This document shows positions 16,191-23,981 of a stretch of DNA of 28,515 bases, in pieces. Every line of letters begins with the position of its first letter. Positions within the stretch are counted from its first letter, which is position 1. A program made the position numbers and the translations under genes. Source of the stretch: an uncultured Dysgonomonadaceae bacterium (GTDB lineage Bacteria; Bacteroidota; Bacteroidia; Bacteroidales; Dysgonomonadaceae); assembly GCA_964437875.1 (NCBI GenBank), contig CAYTJC010000001.1, forward strand, positions 1 through 28,515, in the 5' to 3' direction. The notes below the pieces were generated by a model. That model was not told the DNA's origin. It saw only the letters and a list, made by a program, of their open reading frames with translations, and made no database searches.

Positions 16191-18869
16191 ATGTTGAATA
16201 AAGCATTTATAAGTATAGTGATATTTTGTTTTGCCTTTCAGGCAAATATTTTGGGACAAACCATTGTGGACGAAAATCTGCCAATGCCAATTGACTCAAA
16301 AGATAGCATCATTACATCACCAGCAATTAACTACACAGCAAGCCCCAAGAAATATATTATTGAGAACATAAATGTTACTGGCCTTGAAGGAACAATGTAT
16401 GAGGAGCAAGACTTTGTGATAATAGGATTTTCGGATTTATCTGTGGGGCAAGAAATTCAAATTCCAGGCAATGAAATAACCAATGCTGTAAACAGGTTTT
16501 GGAAGCAAGGGCTTTTTGCTGACGTAAAAATACTAGTAGAAAAAATTAAAGGTGATAAAGTATGGCTCGAAATAAGTCTCACAGGTCGTCCTCGTATTTC
16601 AGATATCCATTACTCCGGTATGAAAAAAGGAGAACGCGACGATATTGAGAAAAAAGTTGGAATGGTAAAGGGGAACCAAGTGATACCCGACCAAATCAAT
16701 AGAGCTAAAAGCATTATTAAAGCATATTTTGCTCAAAAAGCATTTGGCGATGCCGAAGTAACTATAATGGAAAAGCCTGATCCCAATAATAAAAATCAGG
16801 TAATTCTTGATATTGCTGTAGATAAAAAAGAGAAGATAAAAGTGAATAGTCTCAACTTTATTGGAAACGAAGCTATCAAAGACAGTAAGCTGGCATGGAC
16901 AATGAAGAAAACTAATGAAAAAGGCAAACTCATCAACCTGTTTAGAACAAAGAAATTTATTGAAGAGAATTACGAAGCAGATAAGAAAAGCGTGATTGAC
17001 AAATATCATGAACTTGGCTATAGAGATGCTGAAATTGTGTGGGACTCTGTATATAATCACGATGACAAATCAGTTAACATTGATATAAAAATTGATGAAG
17101 GAGATAAATACTTTCTTCGCAACATACAATGGGTAGGTAACACCCAGTACAATTCGCAGCAATTGGACAGAGAGCTGAACATGAAACGCGGAGATGTTTA
17201 CAATCAGAAAAAACTTCGAGAACGCCTTATTGAGGATGAAGACGCTGCAATTAATATATATCAAAACAATGGATACCTCTTTTCAGATATCGACGCCGTA
17301 GAAACAAACATTGTTGGCGACTCTGTTGACTTGGAACTTCGTGTGAGGGAGGGCAGTAAAGCAACCATAAAAAGGGTCAATATACAGGGTAACGACAGAC
17401 TCTACGAAGATATGATTCGCAGAGAGCTACGCACAAAACCAGGTGCAGTATTTAGTAAAGAGCAGTTGATACGATCTATTAGAGAAATTGCACAAACAGG
17501 TCACTTCGATCCTGAAAATTTACAACCCGACATTCAACCCGACCCTGAGTCAGGAACAGTAGATATTACCTATCCATTAGTTTCAAAAGGTAATGACCAG
17601 ATTGAGTTTTCAGCAGGTTGGGGTATTACTGGTCTTGTGGGTAAATTGAGTTTAAAGTTGACCAACTTCTCTCTCAAAAACTTACTCAACCCTTCGTCTT
17701 ATCGCGGTATTATTCCACAAGGAGAAGGACAAACATTGATACTTAGTGCCCAAACAAACGGTCAGTACTACCAATCTTACCAGTTTTCTTTTATAGAACC
17801 TTGGTTTGGTCGTAAGAGACCCAATAGCTTCTCTGTAAATGCCTTTTATTCTCGCCAGTCAGATATTAGCGAAAGAGCATATCAAAATCCTTATGCAAGT
17901 GGAATGTATGGAGGAGGGATGTACGGCGGTTATGGAGGATATGGAGGATATGACGGCGGATATGGTAGTGGCGGCGGATTCGCTGAATATAATTACGACC
18001 CTGACAAAGTGTTTGAAGTACTTGGAGGATCGCTTGGATACAGCAAAAGGCTAGCATGGCCCGATGACTATTTTTACTTGCAAGGTGAAATTGGATATCA
18101 ATTGTATCGCATGAAGAACTGGCGCTATTTCTTAATTCCAAATGGAGTAAGCAATAGTTTGTCGCTCAACTTTACATTGGCTCGTAACTCAATTGATAAT
18201 CCATTGTACACACGTATGGGATCACAATTTACATTCAATGTAAGTTTGACACCTCCATTCTCTATGTGGGATGGAATTGACTACAAAAACCTACCGAAAG
18301 CTGAAAACGGTGGTGAAAATTCAAAAAAATATCAATGGTTAGAATATCATAAGTGGAAATTCAAAATGAGAACTTATACGCCTCTTTCATCATTAGCCAT
18401 TAAACGCACTCCAGTTTTAGCAACACGCGCAGAATTTGGATTCTTGGGATATTATAATAAAGATAAGAAATCGGTTTTCGAAACATTTGATGTCGGTGGA
18501 GATGGTATGTCAGGATATTCATCACAATACGCAACTGAAACTATTGCCCTGAGAGGATATCAAAACGGTACTGTTGGGAGAAATGCCAGTGCTTATGCTC
18601 GATTAGGTCTTGAATTTAGATATCCATTCATCTTAGAACCTAGCTCTACAATTTATGGTGTGGCATTTATTGAAGCTGGTAATGCTTGGCAAAATGTAGG
18701 CGAGTTCAATCCTTTCGATTTGAAAAGATCTGCTGGTTTGGGTGCACGCATACATCTACCTATGATTGGTTTGATGGGAATTGACTGGGCTTATGGATTT
18801 GATAAAATAGGCGGTAATAGAGAGAGCGGCGGAAGCCAGTTCCACTTTATTATTGGGCAAGAGTTTTAA
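16191..18869 (+). CDS. bamA: Outer membrane protein assembly factor BamA
   Basis: Signal peptide, POTRA repeats, barrel start GNDQIEFSAGWG, LRGY motif in loop 6, C-terminal FHFIIGQEF, uppS-bamA-skp synteny. Confidence 0.96.
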   Translation: MLNKAFISIVIFCFAFQANILGQTIVDENLPMPIDSKDSIITSPAINYTASPKKYIIENINVTGLEGTMYEEQDFVIIGFSDLSVGQEIQIPGNEITNAVNRFWKQGLFADVKILVEKIKGDKVWLEISLTGRPRISDIHYSGMKKGERDDIEKKVGMVKGNQVIPDQINRAKSIIKAYFAQKAFGDAEVTIMEKPDPNNKNQVILDIAVDKKEKIKVNSLNFIGNEAIKDSKLAWTMKKTNEKGKLINLFRTKKFIEENYEADKKSVIDKYHELGYRDAEIVWDSVYNHDDKSVNIDIKIDEGDKYFLRNIQWVGNTQYNSQQLDRELNMKRGDVYNQKKLRERLIEDEDAAINIYQNNGYLFSDIDAVETNIVGDSVDLELRVREGSKATIKRVNIQGNDRLYEDMIRRELRTKPGAVFSKEQLIRSIREIAQTGHFDPENLQPDIQPDPESGTVDITYPLVSKGNDQIEFSAGWGITGLVGKLSLKLTNFSLKNLLNPSSYRGIIPQGEGQTLILSAQTNGQYYQSYQFSFIEPWFGRKRPNSFSVNAFYSRQSDISERAYQNPYASGMYGGGMYGGYGGYGGYDGGYGSGGGFAEYNYDPDKVFEVLGGSLGYSKRLAWPDDYFYLQGEIGYQLYRMKNWRYFLIPNGVSNSLSLNFTLARNSIDNPLYTRMGSQFTFNVSLTPPFSMWDGIDYKNLPKAENGGENSKKYQWLEYHKWKFKMRTYTPLSSLAIKRTPVLATRAEFGFLGYYNKDKKSVFETFDVGGDGMSGYSSQYATETIALRGYQNGTVGRNASAYARLGLEFRYPFILEPSSTIYGVAFIEAGNAWQNVGEFNPFDLKRSAGLGARIHLPMIGLMGIDWAYGFDKIGGNRESGGSQFHFIIGQEF
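17901..17980 (+). repeat. In-frame Gly/Tyr low-complexity repeat inside bamA
   Basis: TATGGAGGA at 17907, 17931 and 17940 plus variants, encoding GMYGGGMYGGYGGYGGYDGGYGSGGG. Confidence 0.8.
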
Positions 18870-18965
18870 AAGAACACCCACTTTAACATTATTTACAAGA
18901 GCAGATATAAACGGTTTCATCATATACACGTCTATGTAAATAGACAAACTAAAAGTTTAGAAATT

Positions 18966-19481
18966 ATGAAGAAAACATTATTAATTATCGGATTGTTTTT
19001 TGTTTTTGCATTAAGTAGTTTTGCTCAAAAATATGCATTAGTAGATATGGAGTATATCCTAAAGAGCATTCCTGCTTATGAAATAGCGAATCAACAACTT
19101 GAGAAAAATTCTGAACAATGGCAAGCAGAGATTGAGACAATGCAAAAAGAAGTGCAACAGATGTACAAATCTTTTCAACAAAATGTAACTTCACTCTCAG
19201 CAAAAGAGAAAACCAAAAGAGAAAATGCTATTGTTGCTAAAGAAAAAGAAGTGCAACAACTACGCAGCAACTATTTTGGAGCAGAAGGTGCAATGTTTGA
19301 GCTTAGAAAATCGCTCATTGAACCCATTGAAGATAATGTATATAATGCCATAAAGGAGTTAGCACTTATGTATGGATATCAGGCTGTAATTGATAGAGCA
19401 TCAGCTACTTCCATGATATTTGCGTCGCCCGATATTGACATCAGTAATGAAGTATTGGCAAAGTTAGGATATTCTAATTAA
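18966..19481 (+). CDS. skp: OmpH/Skp periplasmic chaperone (first paralog)
   Basis: Signal peptide, KYALVDMEYIL, long coiled coil, YQAVIDR, DISNEVLAKLG. Confidence 0.92.
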   Translation: MKKTLLIIGLFFVFALSSFAQKYALVDMEYILKSIPAYEIANQQLEKNSEQWQAEIETMQKEVQQMYKSFQQNVTSLSAKEKTKRENAIVAKEKEVQQLRSNYFGAEGAMFELRKSLIEPIEDNVYNAIKELALMYGYQAVIDRASATSMIFASPDIDISNEVLAKLGYSN

Positions 19482-19487
19482 AACATT

Positions 19488-19495
19488 TATCTTTG
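19488..19495 (+). promoter_or_regulatory. Bacteroidota sigma-A -7 box (TATCTTTG) for the second skp
   Basis: Exact TAnnTTTG between the two skp genes, about 50 nt upstream of ATG 19545. Confidence 0.55.
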
Positions 19496-19544
19496 CCTAG
19501 CAAAAATAAAATAGTAACTAAAAACAAACCAAATAAAATCTATT

Positions 19545-20051
19545 ATGCTTAAAAAATTAATTATCTTATTTTTTGCAATTGCACCTCTGGCACTTGTAGC
19601 TCAAGAGAGTAAAATTGCTTATATCAATTCGCAAGAAATATTTGCATTGATGCCTGAGTTATCAACAATTGAGACCCAACTTAGCACCAAGCAAGAACAA
19701 GTAAAGAAAAATGCTGCTGCATTAGAAAATGAGTACAACAACAAAATGGAGGAATTTCAAAAATCTGCTGATGAAGTTACTGAGTCTATATTGATGGACC
19801 GTCAGAAACAAATTCAGCAAATTGAAGAAAGATACCAAGCTTTTATGCAAAACAGCCAAAAAGAAATTCAAGAGATGCAACAAAAATTAGTTGCTCCAGT
19901 GCAAGAGAAACTGCAGAAAGCAATTAAAGATGTTGGTGAAGAAAAAGGATACACTTACATATTAGATTACGCTTCAGGATCTATAGCATATAATAGCCCA
20001 ACAGCAATAAATGCTGGTCCATTAGTAAAAGCTAAATTAGGTATCAACTAA
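19545..20051 (+). CDS. skp: OmpH/Skp periplasmic chaperone (second paralog)
   Basis: Signal peptide, KIAYINSQEIF..MPE, coiled coil, AIKDVGEEKGYTYILD, VKAKLGI. Confidence 0.92.
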   Translation: MLKKLIILFFAIAPLALVAQESKIAYINSQEIFALMPELSTIETQLSTKQEQVKKNAAALENEYNNKMEEFQKSADEVTESILMDRQKQIQQIEERYQAFMQNSQKEIQEMQQKLVAPVQEKLQKAIKDVGEEKGYTYILDYASGSIAYNSPTAINAGPLVKAKLGIN

Positions 20052-20091
20052 AACTATATTATCGCATAGACGATAGACTTATAAATGATAT

Positions 20092-20126
20092 AAAAAAGAC
20101 GACAAATTTAATTTGTCGTCTTTTTT
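20092..20126. terminator. Strong Rho-independent terminator after skp
   Basis: Perfect 16-bp inverted repeat AAAAAAGACGACAAAT-TTA-ATTTGTCGTCTTTTTT. Confidence 0.85.
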
Positions 20127-20379
20127 CATCTTAATATCCGAAGAGTTTCTAGACATGAACAGCAAAGCTCTGCGTTTTTAGTTCAATTCTCACCAGTTAC
20201 AAGTTTTTTGATTTTATATCTGTCGTTAGCAAACTCTATTTTTTTATTCAAGATTCAAATTGCATTTCCACGTAATGTCAATTTGTAAATAATATGTGGT
20301 TGTTTTTTACAATTCACCCTAAAATGTGCCCTATAACAGGTAGAAATCAAATCTTATACCTACAATTAAACGTTCATCT

Positions 20380-20418
20380 GTTGAAAACAGAATCTACAGA
20401 CGTAGAAATGTTTTCAAC
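20380..20418. repeat. 39-bp imperfect palindrome
   Basis: GTTGAAAACA (20380-20389) pairs with TGTTTTCAAC (20409-20418), enclosing TCTAC-AGAC-GTAGA. Confidence 0.6.
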
Positions 20419-20626
20419 TGCAGAAAACAGCTCTTTTTAAGGCTATTATTAAAGATAATCGTGTGAAAGGTGAAAAAACAACCTAAGATTTAAGAATCTA
20501 CTTATAAATAGAAAATCTTACGACGAAAACGGGCTTTTTATAGTGTGAAAACCCAATAAATTGGCAACAAAACAAGATTTATACGATTTCAAACATATTG
20601 TAGGCTGTGGATGCAAGTTTCAACTG

Positions 20627-20663
20627 TTTCAAACATTTTTGTAGGGGTACAAAATGTTTGAAA
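20627..20663. repeat. 37-bp near-perfect palindrome sharing its 18-bp core with the 41-bp array
   Basis: TTTCAAACATTTTTGTA-GGGG-TACAAAATGTTTGAAA (one bulged T). The core TTTTGTAGGGGTACAAAA at 20637-20654 is identical to 6640-6657. Confidence 0.8.
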
Positions 20664-20882
20664 AAAGATATATCATCTTACAATATACAATTAATTTAGA
20701 GTGTGAAGTAAAATACAAAACTATAACAAAGTTATGTCTAAAATCTGATATAAGTGCTGTAAAAAAAGGATCGTAGATTTATTTTCTTAATAAATATTGT
20801 TGACACTAAATACACCAAATACAAATCTACTAAAATAGAAGGTTTTTTGTATCTTGCAGCAAATTAATAATTGTATCATAAG

Positions 20883-21677
20883 ATGGATTTATCATACTTC
20901 AAAAGTGAAACGTTTTTCTTACTGGCAGGACCTTGCGTAATAGAAAACGAAGAGATGGCACTCGAAATTGCTAAAAAGATTATAACAATAACCAACAAAC
21001 TTAGCATTCCCTTTGCTTTCAAAGGATCATATCGAAAAGCAAATAGATCACGTGTAGATTCTTTTACAGGAATTGGTGATGAGAAAGCTCTAAAGATATT
21101 ACGTAAAGTAGCCACAACATTCAACATACCTGTTGTGACTGACATTCACGAATCGCATGAAGCTGCAATGGTAGCCGAATATGCCGATATACTTCAGATT
21201 CCAGCATTCTTATGTCGTCAGACAGAGCTACTGGTCGCAGCAGCCAAAACTGGCAAGATTGTAAATATAAAGAAAGGACAATTTCTTTCGGCAGAAAGTA
21301 TGCAGTTTGCTGCACAAAAGGTGGTGGACTCGGGCAACAGCAATGTGATGCTCACAGAAAGAGGAACATCTTTTGGGTACAACGATTTGGTGGTAGATTA
21401 TCGCGGTATTCCTACTATGAAAAAGTTTGGCTTCCCTGTGGTGATGGATGTTACACATAGCTTGCAACAGCCCAATCAATCATCGGGAGTGACAGGTGGA
21501 CAACCTGAACTGATTGAAACAATTTCTAAAGCAGCTATTGCAGTTGGTGCAGACGGTCTGTTTATCGAAACACATCCTAATCCTTCAATTGCTAAATCTG
21601 ACGGTGCAAACATGTTACCCCTCGATCAATTGGAAGCATTGCTAAAAAAACTTGTTGCACTTCGCCAAGCGTTATGA
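20883..21677 (+). CDS. kdsA: KDO8P synthase (2-dehydro-3-deoxyphosphooctonate aldolase), metal-dependent type
   Basis: AGPCVIE (Cys marks the metal-dependent class), KGSYRKANRSR, LQIPAFLCRQT, NIKKGQFLS, TERG..FGYNDLVVD, DVTHSLQ, FIETHPNP..AKSDG. ATG 20883 is preferred to TTG 20871. Confidence 0.96.
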   Translation: MDLSYFKSETFFLLAGPCVIENEEMALEIAKKIITITNKLSIPFAFKGSYRKANRSRVDSFTGIGDEKALKILRKVATTFNIPVVTDIHESHEAAMVAEYADILQIPAFLCRQTELLVAAAKTGKIVNIKKGQFLSAESMQFAAQKVVDSGNSNVMLTERGTSFGYNDLVVDYRGIPTMKKFGFPVVMDVTHSLQQPNQSSGVTGGQPELIETISKAAIAVGADGLFIETHPNPSIAKSDGANMLPLDQLEALLKKLVALRQAL

Positions 21678-22249
21678 AAATAACTGATTATAAAATATTG
21701 CTTGCATCCAACTCTCCACGTAGAGAAGAGTTGTTGCGGAGGATAGATATAGACTTTCAAGTAAAAGTGTTGCCAAATATAGACGAGTCATATCCAAGTG
21801 ATATTGCCGTTGAAGAGGTTGCAGAATATGTAGCTAAAAAGAAAGCAAACTCTTATATCAGCCAGCTCAAAGAAAATGAGTTGATGATTACAGCCGATAC
21901 AGTTGTAATACTTGACGGAAAAATATATGGCAAACCAATTAATAAAATGGAGGCCAAAGAGATGTTGGATGCTTTTTCTGGCAAAACACACCGAGTAATT
22001 TCTGGTGTATGCTTAACATCAACAAGCAAGCAAATATCTTTTTCAGCATTATCCGATGTAGAATTTTCTAAAATTACCAGCGAAGAGATAGAATACTATA
22101 TCGACAAATACTCCCCCTTTGATAAAGCGGGTTCTTATGGAGTACAAGAATGGATTGGCTACATTGGCGTGACTAATATAAACGGATCATACTATAATAT
22201 TATGGGGCTACCCATACAACGCTTATACAGAGAGTTGAAAAAATTCTGA
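21674..22249 (+). CDS. maf: Maf-family nucleotide pyrophosphatase, probably YhdE type
   Basis: LASNSPRR, IDES, AKKKA, TADT, GKP, DKAGSYGVQ, YYNIMGLP. ATGA overlap with kdsA. Confidence 0.92.
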   Translation: MKITDYKILLASNSPRREELLRRIDIDFQVKVLPNIDESYPSDIAVEEVAEYVAKKKANSYISQLKENELMITADTVVILDGKIYGKPINKMEAKEMLDAFSGKTHRVISGVCLTSTSKQISFSALSDVEFSKITSEEIEYYIDKYSPFDKAGSYGVQEWIGYIGVTNINGSYYNIMGLPIQRLYRELKKF

Positions 22250-22293
22250 TTCACAATCGACTAATTATAAAAAAACAAATACAAATAAGACTC

Positions 22294-23673
22294 ATGCTCA
22301 CAGTTGAAAAGATTGGTGGAACATCCATGTCACAATTTCAAGATGTTCTCAAAAATATAATTAAAGGAACCCGAGTGAACGACGATATGTATAACCGCAT
22401 TTTTGTTGTTTCTGCATACAACAATGTTACCAATTGGCTGTTGGAACACAAAAAGACGGGGGAGCCTGGCATTTATGAAATCTTCTTGAATGGAGAAGAT
22501 TTCAGCAGTGCACTCGATTCGTTTTGCAAACGCCTACTATTGATTAATGATGGCTTTGCTGATATTGGTTTGGACCTGAAAGAGGCACGCGATTTTATTC
22601 GCTTCCGTGTAGATCAGACAAAAACACTCCTGTATAGCCTCAACAAAGTAATGGCATCGGGCTATGTGAATATGGTTGACATATCGCTTGCAGCAAGAGA
22701 AATATTGGCTTCTATTGGTGAAGCTCATTCGGGATGGAACTCTGTGAATATCCTTAACAATAATGGTATCAATGCGCGATTCGTAGATTTATGTGGATTT
22801 AATGACAACGCCCCACTCACCATTGATGAGCGCATTCACAAAGAATTCTCTAACATTGATTTCAACAAAGTTCTATGTGTGGCCACAGGATATACCAAAG
22901 GAACTGAGGGTATTATGCGTGCATTTGATCGTGGATACTCCGAAGTTACATTCAGCAAGATTGCTGTAGAGGTAAAAGCTGATGAAGCTGTTATTCATAA
23001 AGAATATCATCTATCGAGTGCCGATCCAAAAATAGTTGGTATAGAAAACTCGATTCCTGTAGGTTACACCAATTTCATTATAGCCGACCAATTGGCAGAT
23101 ATTGGCATGGAAGCTATCCATCCAAAAGCATCAAAGCCTCTTGAACTTGCAAACATTAATATTCGCATCAAGAATACTTTTGAACCAGAACATCCTGGCA
23201 CATTGATATCTGCCGATTATATTTCGCCCAATCCACGTGCCGAAATAGTATCAGGTACACGCAAAGTAATTGCACTGGAGGTGCACGACCAAATGATGGT
23301 GGGCGAAGTAGGGTTTGACTTGGGAATAATGCAGTATTTCCAAAAGCACAAAGTAAGCTATATTTTGAAGTCAACCAATGCCAACTCTATCACCACTGTT
23401 ATTTGGGAAAACGCAAAAACAGAAAAGTTGATTCAAGAGCTTACTCAAAACTATTACCGTGTCACTACGCTACCCAGCGCTATTGTAAGTGTACTGGGCA
23501 CAAACATTGCGAGACCAGGATTTTTATACAAAGCTAGTAAAGCTCTGTATGAGAGAGGGATAAATATAGAGAGCTTTGGACAATCGCTCAACCAAGTGAA
23601 TATGCAATTTGTGATTAAAAGAGAACATTATGAAGATGCAGTTATAGCTCTGAATGATGTTTTTGTAAAGTAA
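22294..23673 (+). CDS. ask: Aspartate kinase of the ectoine-associated (Ask_Ect) subfamily, with C-terminal ACT domains
   Basis: TVEKIGGTSMS, RIFVVSAY, LLEHKKTGEPG, REILASIGEAHS, FDRGYSEVTF, IHKEYHLSSADP, GMEAIHPKA, IKNTFEPEHPGTLI, QSLNQVNMQ. These motifs are recalled from Ask_Ect proteins and differ from ordinary LysC/ThrA. Confidence 0.85.
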   Translation: MLTVEKIGGTSMSQFQDVLKNIIKGTRVNDDMYNRIFVVSAYNNVTNWLLEHKKTGEPGIYEIFLNGEDFSSALDSFCKRLLLINDGFADIGLDLKEARDFIRFRVDQTKTLLYSLNKVMASGYVNMVDISLAAREILASIGEAHSGWNSVNILNNNGINARFVDLCGFNDNAPLTIDERIHKEFSNIDFNKVLCVATGYTKGTEGIMRAFDRGYSEVTFSKIAVEVKADEAVIHKEYHLSSADPKIVGIENSIPVGYTNFIIADQLADIGMEAIHPKASKPLELANINIRIKNTFEPEHPGTLISADYISPNPRAEIVSGTRKVIALEVHDQMMVGEVGFDLGIMQYFQKHKVSYILKSTNANSITTVIWENAKTEKLIQELTQNYYRVTTLPSAIVSVLGTNIARPGFLYKASKALYERGINIESFGQSLNQVNMQFVIKREHYEDAVIALNDVFVK

Positions 23674-23683
23674 TTTGATTTCT

Positions 23684-23716
23684 ATATTAGGGGCTATTTT
23701 TTGTAGCCTCTAATAT
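23684..23716 (+). terminator. Terminator-like hairpin after the aspartokinase
   Basis: ATATTAGGGGCTA-TTTTTTG-TAGCCTCTAATAT, a 13-bp stem with one G-T pair. The downstream U-tract is weak. Confidence 0.55.
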
Positions 23717-23718
23717 CT

Positions 23719-23800
23719 TGTTACCAGTTTTGCGTAAAATAATACTTTTACGACCATTCTGTTACCCGTTTTCTGTAGAATATCACTATTCGTGCAATTA
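23719..23800. repeat. Imperfect direct repeat doublet, 41-bp period
   Basis: TGTTACCAGTTTTGCGTAAAATAATACTTTTACGACCATTC versus TGTTACCCGTTTTCTGTAGAATATCACTATTCGTGCAATTA: 28/41 identical without gaps, by hand count. Confidence 0.55.
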
Positions 23801-23981
23801 ATTTTCTAATATTTAATGAAATCAAACTTCTTAGATGATACGATAAAGAATCAACCATCCATAAAAATATATTCTCAGAAACAAGTAAATTAAAATAACA
23901 AAACACAGCCTTTGCTTGTTTCTATATTATCAATAATCATACAACATTTTATTTCATTCTACATTCAATTACAGACAATCT

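Noticed and set aside
20850-20857. Promoter -7 box for kdsA (TATCTTGC)
   Set aside because: One T short of TAnnTTTG. Plausible position, but it cannot be supported from sequence alone.
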